Positions 10,031 through 20,903 of a stretch of DNA of 64,000 nt are shown here, in pieces. A program made the translations under genes and the position numbers. Origin of the DNA: a bacterium (lineage in GTDB: Bacteria; Zhuqueibacterota; Zhuqueibacteria; Residuimicrobiales; Krinioviventaceae); the NCBI GenBank assembly GCA_963674595.2, contig CAXXFV010000016.1:608001-672000 (forward strand). Reading direction: 5' to 3'. How positions within the stretch are numbered: the first letter of the stretch is position 1; every line of letters starts with the position of its first letter. The notes under the pieces were generated by a model. The model was not told the origin of the DNA, ran no database searches, and worked only from the letters and a program-made list of their open reading frames with translations.

Positions 10031-11365
10031 TTGGAATACAAAATTAACGATGAAAGTAACTGGCTGAAAAAAATAAATGTAATTGTTGATGCAGACCAGA
10101 TCCAGCCAAAATTAGATAATCTATTCAAAGAGTATCAAAAGGGTGTAAAGATAGAAGGTTTCCGTAAAGGAAAAGTTCCAATGCAGTTGGTAAAAAAAAT
10201 GTTCGGCAAACAAATTGAAACAGAAGCTTTTCAACCCCATTTACAGGAAGCCTGGAAAAAGGTTTTTGAAGAAAATGAATTTGATATTATTGACGAACCT
10301 CGTATAGAGAATATTAACTATGATCAAAAAGCAGGTTTAACGTTTGATATTTGTTTTGATGTGCGACCTGATTTTAAAATTGAAGATTATGAAGGTTTAG
10401 CAGTAGAAAAAGAAGTTTTTAAAGTTGAAGACAGTGATGTTGACGAAACCATAGAAGAACTGCGTCAGCGAAATGCAATGGTTTATACCGTTGAAGGAGA
10501 GGCCAAAGAAGGGCATTTTCTGGTTGCCGATTTGCAGGAACTGGATGCTTCAGGTGTTCCTGTTGTCGGCACTAAAATGGAGAACCGGTCCGTTTATCTT
10601 GCTAAAGAAGATGATGAGCTGACAACGCAATTGCTGGGTATTAAAGCTGGTGAAGAACGCCGTGTATCTGTTATGCTGGCGCCAGAAAAATCCGAGGTCG
10701 TAGAGCAGGAACAGGATAATCTGGATAAAGTAGAACATTTTTTTACTGTAACTGTTAAAGAAGTTAAAGAAAGAAGAGTACCTGAACTGGATGATGAGTT
10801 TGCCAAAGACCTGGGCGAATTTGAAAATATGGAACAGTTGAAAAATCAAATTCACTCAAATTTAATTTTACAGGCAGAGGCAGAAACCAAAAACAGATTT
10901 AATAAAAAACTTGCTGATGAGTTGATAAAAAAAGTAGATGTTGGCGTACCTGCATCGATGTTGAATAATTATCTGAATGCCCTTGTTAATGATTTTGTTG
11001 CAAATCAAAAAGACAAGAAAAACATCAATGTTGAGCAGGTTAGAGATTTTTATAAACCAATGGCCGTTCGAACCATTAAATGGATTTTAATACGTGAAAA
11101 ATTGATAGATCAGGAAAGCCTTAAAGTTGAAGATGCTGAATTAGAAACTCGTATTAAAGAGATTGAAGAAACCGGTGATGCCGGTAAAAAACAGGCTGAA
11201 GAAATACGCTCTGATGATGAAAAAAGTAATGATTTAAAAAATAATATACTGGAAGAAAAAGTTTACAACTTTTTAGAAAGTAAAACAAATATTTCCATAG
11301 TTGAAAAAAAACTGAGACAGGTTGAAGAAGCAAATTCAGAATCCGAATCTGATGACCTGGAATAA
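10031..11365 (+). CDS. tig: Trigger factor
   Basis: Ribosome-binding signature GFRKGKVP, ELDDEFAKDLG, and position before clpP. TTG start after AGAGG. Confidence 0.95.
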   Translation: MEYKINDESNWLKKINVIVDADQIQPKLDNLFKEYQKGVKIEGFRKGKVPMQLVKKMFGKQIETEAFQPHLQEAWKKVFEENEFDIIDEPRIENINYDQKAGLTFDICFDVRPDFKIEDYEGLAVEKEVFKVEDSDVDETIEELRQRNAMVYTVEGEAKEGHFLVADLQELDASGVPVVGTKMENRSVYLAKEDDELTTQLLGIKAGEERRVSVMLAPEKSEVVEQEQDNLDKVEHFFTVTVKEVKERRVPELDDEFAKDLGEFENMEQLKNQIHSNLILQAEAETKNRFNKKLADELIKKVDVGVPASMLNNYLNALVNDFVANQKDKKNINVEQVRDFYKPMAVRTIKWILIREKLIDQESLKVEDAELETRIKEIEETGDAGKKQAEEIRSDDEKSNDLKNNILEEKVYNFLESKTNISIVEKKLRQVEEANSESESDDLE

Positions 11366-11389
11366 CGAATTAAAATTAAGAGGTTAGCT

Positions 11390-11989
11390 ATGGCACTTGT
11401 ACCCGTTGTCGTCGAACAAACCGGGCGTGGAGAACGTGCTTATGACATATTTTCACGTTTGTTAAAAGAGAGAATCGTATTTATTGGATCTGCAATTGAT
11501 GATACTGTTGCCAGTTTGGCTATTGCACAGTTGTTATTTTTAGAAGCAGAAGACCCTGATAAAGATGTGTACATCTATATTAATAGTCCTGGTGGATATG
11601 TTTCTGCCGGTCTTGCCATATATGATACGATGCAATACATAAAACCTGATGTTGCTACAATTTGTATGGGACAGGCTTCCAGTATGGGAGCGATTTTATT
11701 AGCGGCAGGCGCTAAAGATAAACGTTTTGCTTTACCCCATTCCAGGATAATGATTCATCAGCCAATGGGAGGCGCACAAGGCCAGGCAAGTGATATTGAA
11801 ATTCACGCCAATGAGATTTTGAGCCTTCGGTCTGAACTGAATAATATTATCGCCCGGCATACGGGTCAGAAAATTGAAACCATTGAAAAAGATACCGAGC
11901 GTAACTTTTTTATGAGCGCAAATGATGCTAAAGAATATGGCATTATAGATGAAATTATGACCCAAAAAGGCGCTAAAGAAACAAAGTAG
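11390..11989 (+). CDS. clpP: ATP-dependent Clp protease proteolytic subunit
   Basis: [30 protein letters not shown] (catalytic Ser), RIMIHQP (His). Confidence 0.98.
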   Translation: MALVPVVVEQTGRGERAYDIFSRLLKERIVFIGSAIDDTVASLAIAQLLFLEAEDPDKDVYIYINSPGGYVSAGLAIYDTMQYIKPDVATICMGQASSMGAILLAAGAKDKRFALPHSRIMIHQPMGGAQGQASDIEIHANEILSLRSELNNIIARHTGQKIETIEKDTERNFFMSANDAKEYGIIDEIMTQKGAKETK

Positions 11990-12022
11990 TATAAATATTA
12001 TATTAAATTTAAAGGCCTATTG

Positions 12023-13294
12023 ATGAATTCTAAAGGCAAAAGTAATAGTCGATTTGCAATATGTTCCTTCTGTGGGAAAAATTCCAACCAGGTGGAAACC
12101 ATTGTTACCGGTCCTGATGTCAGTATCTGTAACGAATGTGTCGGAATTGCCAACAAGATAATTTCTCGTGAGCGTTCCAAAAAACCGTTTTCTTTGGGTG
12201 AGGATATCCCTACGCCTGATATGATAAAGAAAGAATTGGACAATTTTATAATAGGGCAGGAACATGCCAAAAAAACTGTTGCCGTAGCTGTTTATAATCA
12301 TTATAAAAGAATAGATAACCAGGTGTCAGACTCTGATATCGTTTTGGAAAAAAGCAATGTTATGCTTATTGGGCCTACCGGAACCGGTAAAACCTTAATA
12401 GCCCAGACATTGGCGAGGTTTTTACACGTTCCATTTACAATTGCCGATGCAACAACACTAACCGAAGCCGGCTATGTCGGTGAAGATGTAGAGAATATTC
12501 TCGTTCGATTATTACAAGCTGCTGATTATAATGTTCAAAAGGCTGAAAGAGGAATTGTTTATATCGATGAGATTGATAAAATATCCCGTAAAAGTGGAAA
12601 TCCTTCCATAACCAGAGACGTTTCAGGCGAAGGTGTTCAACAAGCTTTACTGAAAATGCTTGAGGGTACTATAGCCGCTGTTCCTCCAAAAGGAGGTAGA
12701 AAGCACCCTGAAATGGATTTGATTAACATCAACACAAAAAACATATTGTTTTTATGTGGCGGTGCCTTTGATGGGCTGGAAAAAAACATTATCTCACGGG
12801 TTGGGAAAAAATCAGTCGGATTTGGGGCTGATGTAAAAAAAATAAGTTCAGAAATGGATATACTTGCTCAGGTTGAGCCAAAAGATCTGCTGCAATATGG
12901 TTTAATTCCGGAGATAATTGGTCGTTTACCTGTTATTACGACCTTGACGGATCTTGATGAAGATGCGATGATGAAAATATTAACGGAACCCAAAAATGCT
13001 TTAACAAAACAATACCAACGATTGTTTGAGTTAGATGGTGTTAAATTACATTTTGAAAAAGAAGCATTATGGGAAGTTATCAAAATAGCAAAAAGCAGGG
13101 GGACAGGTGCAAGGGGATTACGTTCTGTTTTGGAAAATATTATGCTGGACATTATGTTTTCAATACCGGCAAAAAAGGACATTTCAGAATGTTACATTAC
13201 TAAAGATGTTATTTTAAAAAATGATCCACCAAAATATAAAAAAGTTACAAACAAAACGTTACCAGAGACAGACGTTCACGATGATGCTGCTTAA
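12023..13294 (+). CDS. clpX: ATP-dependent Clp protease ATP-binding subunit ClpX
   Basis: CSFCGK..ICNEC zinc finger, Walker [37 protein letters not shown]. Confidence 0.98.
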   Translation: MNSKGKSNSRFAICSFCGKNSNQVETIVTGPDVSICNECVGIANKIISRERSKKPFSLGEDIPTPDMIKKELDNFIIGQEHAKKTVAVAVYNHYKRIDNQVSDSDIVLEKSNVMLIGPTGTGKTLIAQTLARFLHVPFTIADATTLTEAGYVGEDVENILVRLLQAADYNVQKAERGIVYIDEIDKISRKSGNPSITRDVSGEGVQQALLKMLEGTIAAVPPKGGRKHPEMDLININTKNILFLCGGAFDGLEKNIISRVGKKSVGFGADVKKISSEMDILAQVEPKDLLQYGLIPEIIGRLPVITTLTDLDEDAMMKILTEPKNALTKQYQRLFELDGVKLHFEKEALWEVIKIAKSRGTGARGLRSVLENIMLDIMFSIPAKKDISECYITKDVILKNDPPKYKKVTNKTLPETDVHDDAA

Positions 13295-13348
13295 TTGCTG
13301 AATACAATATAAATATAATAATATATTAGTAGCAAAATAGAAGATTAA

Positions 13349-13933
13349 ATGAAAATTAACTCTGCGGAATTTATAAAATCAATTTCTGCGTTTAAGCAAG
13401 CTCCCAATGACAACTTTGCGCATGTTGCTTTTGCCGGAAGATCAAATGTTGGAAAATCAAGTCTTTTAAATACGTTATTGGGCAGGAAAAAACTTGTTAA
13501 AGTGAGTTCAACACCCGGAAAAACCCAGACAATTAATTTCTTTTTAATCAACAAGTCTTTTTTTCTGGTTGATTTGCCTGGTTACGGGTATGCAAAAGTT
13601 TCAAAATCATTAAAATATTCATGGGGAAAGCTGATTGAATCGTATCTGGCAAACTCTGAACAGCTCCGCTGTGTGGTTATGCTAATTGATATACGCCATC
13701 CATTGCAAAGTATGGATAGAGACCTGTTGCTTTGGTTAAATGAAAACCATATCCCGGTTTGTTTAGTAGGCACTAAAGCTGATAAACTTTCAAAAAATCA
13801 ACTGAATAAAAATTTAGCCCAGTTATCAAAAAACGATGATTTTCAAAATTTGAAAAATATTATCCCCTTTTCTGCAGTTACCGGGCAAGGAAAGGCGCAA
13901 CTATGGGAGGAATTATCAGCCCTTTTGCCATAA
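13349..13933 (+). CDS. engB: Ribosome biogenesis GTP-binding protein YihA/YsxC
   Basis: GRSNVGKSS, SSTPGKT, DLPGYGYA, TKADKL. Confidence 0.95.
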   Translation: MKINSAEFIKSISAFKQAPNDNFAHVAFAGRSNVGKSSLLNTLLGRKKLVKVSSTPGKTQTINFFLINKSFFLVDLPGYGYAKVSKSLKYSWGKLIESYLANSEQLRCVVMLIDIRHPLQSMDRDLLLWLNENHIPVCLVGTKADKLSKNQLNKNLAQLSKNDDFQNLKNIIPFSAVTGQGKAQLWEELSALLP

Positions 13934-14005
13934 CAAGCTAATTTTAAGTGATTTGAACCGGTTTAAGTATTTTGTGTAATCTTAAATTTTTTAAGAGAAA
14001 ATCTC

Positions 14006-14034
14006 TTGACAATCTTTTGCAAATCGTTTATATT
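14006..14034 (+). promoter_or_regulatory. Sigma70-type promoter for the TBDR cassette
   Basis: TTGACA-17 bp-TATATT, about 195 nt upstream of the start codon. Confidence 0.7.
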
Positions 14035-14228
14035 TAACCACTATAATTATATAATTCTATGGCGTGCAAATAGTTTTCAGGCAATTATTCGTATTGTTCT
14101 ATATATATTCCTTTTACTGAATAATTTTTCATTTTCAAGTGTTATTGTATAAAAACAACTAAATGTATTTTAACTTAATAATGATACGAAAGAAGAAAGC
14201 TTTTGTTTCATAAAAAAGGAGAAAAAAT

Positions 14229-17200
14229 ATGAAAAAAATGCAATTATATATTTTAATCTCCTCGCTTCTGTTGTTACCAGCTTTAATGATGGCAAAAACA
14301 ACAGGTAAGCTGAGTGGTAAAGTTATTGATAGGGAAACCAATGAACCACTACCAGCCGTAAATGTTGTTATCGATGGTACATCTATGGGTGCTGCAACGG
14401 ATTTGAATGGTAATTTCTTTATCATCAACGTCCCGGCAGGAACATATTCGGTTCGTGCCGAAATGATAGGTTATAATATTTATGTGGTCAACGATGTCCG
14501 GATTAAAGTTGATTTAACAACAACTGTTAATTTTAAGCTGGAGGCGACAGTTTTAGACGTTGGTGAAACAGTAACTGTCACAGCAGATCGTCCGCTTATT
14601 CAGGTGGACCAAACAGGTAGTCGTTCTGTTGCCAGCAGTGAAGAGATGGAGCGGCGTTCTGTTGACTCTTTTCAGGATGTAATTGAAACAACAGCCGGAA
14701 TTGTTGTTGATGATAATAACCGAATGCATATGCGTGGCGGTCGTGCCCGGGAAATAAGTTTTTTGATGGATAATTCAACAAATATCCTGAATCCTATGAC
14801 CGGCGATTTTGATACGGATATACCTGAGCTTGCTATTGAAGAGGCTTCTGTTTCAACTGGTGGTTTTAGCGCAGAATATGGTAATGCTCAATCCGGTGTT
14901 GTAAATGTTGTAACCAAAGATGGTGGCCCGGTTTTTCAGGGAACTGTACGCTATTCTACAAGCGCCCTTGGAGGTTGGGGAAGTTCTTTAAGTCATGACG
15001 AGGTTGAGGAAAATCGTCATAATCCGGAAATTGCGTTGGGTGGCCCTGTGCCTTTTACTAAAGCCTTAAAAATACCTGGAAATTTGCGCTATTTTCTGTC
15101 TGGGTGGTATGAGAGTACTGACGGCCGGTTTGTAAATGAACACAGTGAAGGTTCAACTATTCAGGGAAAATTGACATACAAAATGACCCCAAGTCATACC
15201 TTGCGAATTAAAGGATTGTATCGAGACCGGGACCGTGACTATTTTGATAATCTCTGGAAACAAACAACATATGAAGACCTTAATGAAAATTACAAGCCTT
15301 ATGGTGATAAAAATAATGATGGTATTGACGATAATACTGCCTTTATTAACGATCCGTTGACCGGTGTCTGGTACGGAAATGGTATATTGGATACTGAGGA
15401 CAGGAACGGAAATAATTTCCTGGATCCGGGTGAAGATTTGAATGATAATGGTGTTTTGGATCGTGAAGATTTGAACAACAACCATAGCCTTGATTCCTTT
15501 AACATGTTGGACCATAAATCTGACATTAGTGAAGAAAGTAATCAGATTGCTATTACATGGACACATCAACTAAGCCCCAAAACATTTTATGAATTACATA
15601 TCGATCGTTACTTTACATCATATTTTATGAATGCGAAAGAATATATCAACGAAGATTATGATGGTGATGGAAAGCTGGATTTAGTCAGTGAAAATGTTGA
15701 CTTGAATGGTGATGGAGCTATCGATCCTGACGAATGGCTCGATTTTGACGGTGACGGCTATTTTGACAAGGTCGCTGAAGATATAAATGGTAATGGCATT
15801 ATCGATCCTTACGGAACCGATTTGTTGACGGACTGGGATTCCGATGGATATATTGATGCTTCGCAGAAAGCATATCCCAACGATCCGTCAAAATGGAAAA
15901 CAACCGGTAATTTTGGTTTTAAAGGTGAAAAATCTGCAGATGGTTTTTACACCTATGGTTCAGGATTAACCTGGGATCGTCGATATTGGTACCTCGATGA
16001 ATCTACAAGTTATGGTGTTAAATTTGATTTGGAAAGTCAGGTCAATAATAATCATAATATCAGATCCGGTCTTGATTTAAAATATCGTGAGATTTTCAGA
16101 TATGATGCTACCGACCGTTATGGTTATGGTGAACGATTCAAGGTTTATCCGAATAGTGGCGCCTTTTATGTTCAGGATAAAATGGAATTTCAGGGTATGA
16201 TCCTTAATGCCGGTTTACGTTTTGATTATTTTAATGCCAACTGGGTTGACTATCCAAACAATCTTAACGATCCAACCTGGGATGAAAAAGATTCGGGCTA
16301 TGAGGATGCCAATAGTAATGGTTTGTTAGATGATGGCGAAGATCTTAATGACAATGGTGTTTTGGACCAGGCCTGGGATGCCGAAAAGTATAGTGGCGCA
16401 AATTCTCCCAAGTTAGGCGATATAAAAGATCCTATTAAAATTGATTTCAAATCATATTTTAGCCCCCGTTTTGGAATTGCTTTTCCGATTACAGAGCGTG
16501 ACGTGTTGAATTTCAGTTACGGGCAATACTTTCAGGAACCATTAGGTCAGTTACTTTTTATGAATTTAGAGTTTGATTTGGGTGGTGGTTTTCCGTTAAT
16601 TGGAAACCCGAACTTGAATCCTGAACGTACAACAATGTACGAGTTTATATTAAAACATCAGATATCCAATTCACAACGTTTGACGGTAACAGCATTTTAT
16701 AAAGATATTTCTGATTTGACAGATACGCGACCTGTTTATTGGACAAGCAGAGATTGGTACGGCTTTTATTATAATGCTGATTATGGTAATGTTCGTGGTA
16801 TGGAGTTTGATTTTGTTCAAAGACCTTTCCTGGCAAGGTTTCTTTATGTAAGTGGCTCTGCTAATTATACCTATCAGGTTGCTAAAAATAAAGCCTCTGA
16901 AACAAGTAAGGGATACCTGACAGAATGGTCCGGCAATGTTTTACCTACTGTTGAATCTTATGTATCTTGGGATCAAAGACATACTGTTAATTTGAATCTT
17001 GATTTAATCGTTCCGAAAGACCAGGATTTGTTTGGTTTGCCTGTATTAAATGATGTAGGTGTTAATATTCAATATTATTATGGAAGTGGTACACGCTGGA
17101 CGCCTCCAAAAGGTCAGGATAAAGCAGCTTTGGATAATACAGCAACTTTACCCAGTCGCCAAACAGTTGATTTGCGTTTAAGCAAGCGTTTCCACATGGG

Positions 17201-17384
17201 ACGTATCGAACCATCGTTCTTTATAGATATTCGAAATGTTTTTAACAAGAGGAATATTATTAAATTAGCTGATGATGGTGAAGAATGGTACCATGCAACA
17301 GGTGATCCTGAAGGAAAATATGGTGATCCCGAAGTATGGGGACGTGGAAGATTGACTCGTATTGGTTTGCGTGTAGATTTTTAA
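14229..17384 (+). CDS. TonB-dependent receptor (N-terminal carboxypeptidase-regulatory-like domain, plug, barrel) with Asp/Asn-rich Ca-binding-like loop insertions
   Basis: Signal peptide; GKLSGKVID..TNEPLP; plug motifs MRGGR and GGFSAEYGNAQSGVVNVVTKDG; NAGLRFDYF; SPRFGIAFP; GNPNLNPERT; C-terminal IGLRVDF. Confidence 0.92.
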   Translation: MKKMQLYILISSLLLLPALMMAKTTGKLSGKVIDRETNEPLPAVNVVIDGTSMGAATDLNGNFFIINVPAGTYSVRAEMIGYNIYVVNDVRIKVDLTTTVNFKLEATVLDVGETVTVTADRPLIQVDQTGSRSVASSEEMERRSVDSFQDVIETTAGIVVDDNNRMHMRGGRAREISFLMDNSTNILNPMTGDFDTDIPELAIEEASVSTGGFSAEYGNAQSGVVNVVTKDGGPVFQGTVRYSTSALGGWGSSLSHDEVEENRHNPEIALGGPVPFTKALKIPGNLRYFLSGWYESTDGRFVNEHSEGSTIQGKLTYKMTPSHTLRIKGLYRDRDRDYFDNLWKQTTYEDLNENYKPYGDKNNDGIDDNTAFINDPLTGVWYGNGILDTEDRNGNNFLDPGEDLNDNGVLDREDLNNNHSLDSFNMLDHKSDISEESNQIAITWTHQLSPKTFYELHIDRYFTSYFMNAKEYINEDYDGDGKLDLVSENVDLNGDGAIDPDEWLDFDGDGYFDKVAEDINGNGIIDPYGTDLLTDWDSDGYIDASQKAYPNDPSKWKTTGNFGFKGEKSADGFYTYGSGLTWDRRYWYLDESTSYGVKFDLESQVNNNHNIRSGLDLKYREIFRYDATDRYGYGERFKVYPNSGAFYVQDKMEFQGMILNAGLRFDYFNANWVDYPNNLNDPTWDEKDSGYEDANSNGLLDDGEDLNDNGVLDQAWDAEKYSGANSPKLGDIKDPIKIDFKSYFSPRFGIAFPITERDVLNFSYGQYFQEPLGQLLFMNLEFDLGGGFPLIGNPNLNPERTTMYEFILKHQISNSQRLTVTAFYKDISDLTDTRPVYWTSRDWYGFYYNADYGNVRGMEFDFVQRPFLARFLYVSGSANYTYQVAKNKASETSKGYLTEWSGNVLPTVESYVSWDQRHTVNLNLDLIVPKDQDLFGLPVLNDVGVNIQYYYGSGTRWTPPKGQDKAALDNTATLPSRQTVDLRLSKRFHMGRIEPSFFIDIRNVFNKRNIIKLADDGEEWYHATGDPEGKYGDPEVWGRGRLTRIGLRVDF

Positions 17385-17425
17385 TTAAATGGCATTAAAA
17401 TTTTGATATTTAAAATACAATTGTA

Positions 17426-19732
17426 ATGGAGGTCACTTTGGCTAAGCGGACAATATTAGGATGTATCTTGACACTGATAATGATGCTTTTCATTACTTCA
17501 GTAGAAGCCAAAATTCATCCTGACATGAAGAACAAAAGGAAACAACGCTTATACAAAACATCTGCGCGTCCTGATTTGGAATTTAAGGCTCATAATATTG
17601 GTACAATGTGGAATGTAGTGACGAACTATGGTAGTTTTGGTGATCCTAATTTTGATACAACAGGACGTCCGTCAGCCGAATGGCCTGGCGGAACCCGTAA
17701 CAGCTTTTTATACGATGCTGCTATTTGGGTGTCTACACTTGTTAATGGTGAAAAATTGTGTTCCAGTTATTTTTACAGTTTTGAAGAATGGGAACCTTCT
17801 GAAGGCACTCAATTTTTGATGGGAAATGAAGAAGTGGCCTCTGTAATCAATCCGGTCTCTATCCATGACAGCTATTGTGTGTTTGATGACTTGGAATCCA
17901 AGGCAGATCATACTGCCCTGGGAATTCGTGTTATAGAGCATGGATTGAGCTGGAGTATGCCTGAGTATGATGATTTTCTCATTTATGAATTTCAGGTTAT
18001 CAATACAGGCTTGAATGGTTTTCTGAGAGAGGTTTATATCGGATGGTGGTACGATGTGGATGTAGCCTCAATTGATGTTAGCGATAAACATATTGATGAT
18101 TTGGTTGATTATGACGGTTGGGATGGAACAGATACAAAAACAGATGAAATTGATTTAGTTGATCCCCTTGATTTGGATGGTGATGGTGAAACCGGTTATG
18201 ACGATTATGGTATTCCTTATGGATCGCAAATGGGTGGTTTTAATCCCGAATATGACGAAACCTTGGTAGAAGGTGATGGAGTCTATGATGAATACTCTTT
18301 GATCGAAGATGAAAGAGGCGTTGCCATAATGGCCGATGTTGCTGTTACGATTGGAGATTATGAAATATCTGCCGGCGACACACTTCGAAGGGCAGACGGA
18401 ACCCCGGTTATTGGCTGGAAGTTTCCGCGTGGAATGTCCTATATTTATGACGCTGATAATCCATCTTCATCAGAGAATGATTTTGGTGAACGGAATTTAA
18501 AACCGGATTGTGCCGGTTTTATGGCTGGACGTGTTCTTTATTCTGATCCTACATCTGTAGATTATTATTATGAAAATCCTGACAGTTTACGTTCCCGAAT
18601 TTGTCGTCCTTTTTCTCATCAATGGTGGAATTGGGAAAGTGATCCTGGTAACAACATTGAGCAATATGATTATATGAAAGGTCAGCACGAATTTAGCAAG
18701 GGATACAAATTTTTACCCAATCCACTCGATTTAAATGCTCCTACTTTTGATTATCGTTTTTTAACAACAATCGGACCTTACGATTTAGCCCCGGACGATA
18801 CTATCAAAGTTGTATGGGCAGAACTTGTCGGACAGGGTTTACAGGGAATGCGTGAAAATTCTGATAATGCAATAAAAGCTTATTATGCCGGAAGTGTAAA
18901 AAGCAGCCCATTGAACCCTTCAGCGCCAAATGGAGATGTTCATTATTTGTTACCTGCACCTCCTGCAACACCTAATTTGCGGTATAGTCCTGATGATCGT
19001 TCCGTAACCTTGGTTTGGGATGATATTTCTGAAATAACCCCTGATACAAAGACAAAAGAGATTGATTTTGTCGGATATAAAATTTACCGTGCAAAATACT
19101 CTCCCAGCAACTGGACGATGATCGCTGCTTTTGACAATATTCCTAATACCGTTGTCAACGTTCTGAATACAGAACGTGATTCAATTGGAACTGCCGATTT
19201 ACCTGATATAACTCACGAGTTTGTTGATGTTGGTGGGGTTACCCCTTGGGGAACCTCTGTTGAATCTCCTATTAACGGTATTCCCTACTATTATGCTGTT
19301 GTTGCATATGATAGTGGTGATCCTGAGATTGGATTACCCCCGTCAGAAAGTGGAAAAACGAATTATAGTAAAACAGAAAGTGGTGCTCCTGTTGCTGTAA
19401 TTCCAAAGGCTATGTATGAAACAGAAGTAACTAATTTTGACATGTCTAATATTAAAGTTGTTCCAAATCCATATAAAGCTACTGATGTCTTTGAAGATAT
19501 CTATGAAAGTGCCATATTATTTACAAATTTACCTCCAGTCGCAAAAATTACTATTTTTACACTGACAGGGGACCATATTGTTACATTGGACCATACTGAC
19601 GGTTCAAGTATTGAAAAATGGGACCTTATATCCAGAAATACACAATCTATTGTGAGCGGTTTGTATGTTTATGTCGTCGAAACAGATGATGATAAATTTA
19701 TTGGAAAATTTGTTGTAATTATGGGCTCATGA
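17426..19732 (+). CDS. Secreted TBDR-associated hypothetical protein with FN3-like segment and variant T9SS-like CTD
   Basis: Signal peptide (likely TTG start at 17438 after GGAGG); VTNYGSFG..SAEWPGG; PPATPNL..VTLVWD..FVGYKIYR; C-terminal IKVVPNPY..FTNLP..KITIFT..WDL..SGLYVYVV..GKFVVI. Confidence 0.75.
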   Translation: MEVTLAKRTILGCILTLIMMLFITSVEAKIHPDMKNKRKQRLYKTSARPDLEFKAHNIGTMWNVVTNYGSFGDPNFDTTGRPSAEWPGGTRNSFLYDAAIWVSTLVNGEKLCSSYFYSFEEWEPSEGTQFLMGNEEVASVINPVSIHDSYCVFDDLESKADHTALGIRVIEHGLSWSMPEYDDFLIYEFQVINTGLNGFLREVYIGWWYDVDVASIDVSDKHIDDLVDYDGWDGTDTKTDEIDLVDPLDLDGDGETGYDDYGIPYGSQMGGFNPEYDETLVEGDGVYDEYSLIEDERGVAIMADVAVTIGDYEISAGDTLRRADGTPVIGWKFPRGMSYIYDADNPSSSENDFGERNLKPDCAGFMAGRVLYSDPTSVDYYYENPDSLRSRICRPFSHQWWNWESDPGNNIEQYDYMKGQHEFSKGYKFLPNPLDLNAPTFDYRFLTTIGPYDLAPDDTIKVVWAELVGQGLQGMRENSDNAIKAYYAGSVKSSPLNPSAPNGDVHYLLPAPPATPNLRYSPDDRSVTLVWDDISEITPDTKTKEIDFVGYKIYRAKYSPSNWTMIAAFDNIPNTVVNVLNTERDSIGTADLPDITHEFVDVGGVTPWGTSVESPINGIPYYYAVVAYDSGDPEIGLPPSESGKTNYSKTESGAPVAVIPKAMYETEVTNFDMSNIKVVPNPYKATDVFEDIYESAILFTNLPPVAKITIFTLTGDHIVTLDHTDGSSIEKWDLISRNTQSIVSGLYVYVVETDDDKFIGKFVVIMGS

Positions 19733-19784
19733 TTTTTATAAACCTGGAATAATATTAGTGAATATAATCGAGAGGTTTGAAATA

Positions 19785-20816
19785 ATGAAAAGAGTTTTAT
19801 TAATCGTCATAGGTATCGTTGCTATAGCAGGATGGTTATCTCGTGCTGATGCGCAACAATTTGCAAAAGTTGGTACAGCAGGTGCCCAATTTTTAAAGAT
19901 TGGGGCTGGTGCCAGATTTACAGGAATGGGCGGAGCATGTGTTGCCGTTACAAATGACGCTTCTGCTGTATTTTGGAATCCTAGTGGTATTACCGGTGTG
20001 AAAAATATGAGTATTTTTACATCTCATATTGAGTGGTTTGCTGATATAAAGTATGAAGCTATTACTATAGCAAAGACATTTCCAACTTTGGGTACTTTTG
20101 CCCTCTCCGGTACTTATCTGACTTCCGGTGATATTGAAATTACTACTTTTGAACAACAGGATGGGACCGGAGAAACATATTCCAAGAATGATATGATGAT
20201 CGGTTTGTCTTTTGCGCGTTTTTTAACTGACAAATTTACCTTTGGCGGTACTGTCAAGTATGTCAGGGAAGATTATGGTACTGTTAATAGTATAACAGGT
20301 GATGATGAAGTTGCCGGCACTATGGCTTTTGATATTGGTTCTATATATTCTACAGGATTTAAATCTTTAAGACTTGGTATTTCCATTTTTAATTTTGGCC
20401 CTGAACTGAGTATCCCCGGGCAATATGAAGATATTACAAATTTTGACTCTGATGCTCAGGAATATGTCCGTGAACCTGCTGCCGATTATCGTCCTTATCA
20501 CATGCCATTGCAGTTTAGAGCTGGTTTAGCAATGGAAGTATATGAAACAGAATTAAATACATTAACACTTGCTGCCGACCTGGTACATCCTAATGATAAT
20601 GTTGAGCAGGTTAATTTAGGTGGTGAATATTGGTTTAAAAATATGTTTGCCTTACGCGGTGGCTATATCGGAAATCATGATGCCGCTCGATTTTCATTTG
20701 GTGGCAGCCTCAAATTTAATGTCAACCAAATGGGTGCTGCTTCGTTGGACTATAGTTACACAGATTTTGGCATTTTGGAAATGGTTCACCAAATGTCTCT
20801 TGTTTTAAATTTTTAG
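19785..20816 (+). CDS. PorV/PorQ-family outer-membrane beta-barrel
   Basis: KVGTAGAQFLKIGAGARFTGMG..DASAVFWNPSG, characteristic of the PorV/FadL-like family; ALRGGY; LDYSY; C-terminal Phe. The ORF is open from 19758. Confidence 0.85.
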   Translation: MKRVLLIVIGIVAIAGWLSRADAQQFAKVGTAGAQFLKIGAGARFTGMGGACVAVTNDASAVFWNPSGITGVKNMSIFTSHIEWFADIKYEAITIAKTFPTLGTFALSGTYLTSGDIEITTFEQQDGTGETYSKNDMMIGLSFARFLTDKFTFGGTVKYVREDYGTVNSITGDDEVAGTMAFDIGSIYSTGFKSLRLGISIFNFGPELSIPGQYEDITNFDSDAQEYVREPAADYRPYHMPLQFRAGLAMEVYETELNTLTLAADLVHPNDNVEQVNLGGEYWFKNMFALRGGYIGNHDAARFSFGGSLKFNVNQMGAASLDYSYTDFGILEMVHQMSLVLNF

Positions 20817-20903
20817 AATGTGATCTTTGCGAATCCTTTTATATTAAATCGAGGCACGTTGTGTTTGCGTTTGATCTAAAGCTTATCTGTTCTGGAGGAT
20901 TTT

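Noticed and set aside
13294-13349. No lon between clpX and engB
   Set aside because: A common variant of this operon; not informative.
15295-16380. Repeats as a possible CRISPR array or DNA tandem repeat
   Set aside because: Similarity is at the protein level inside an intact ORF; no constant repeat-spacer period.
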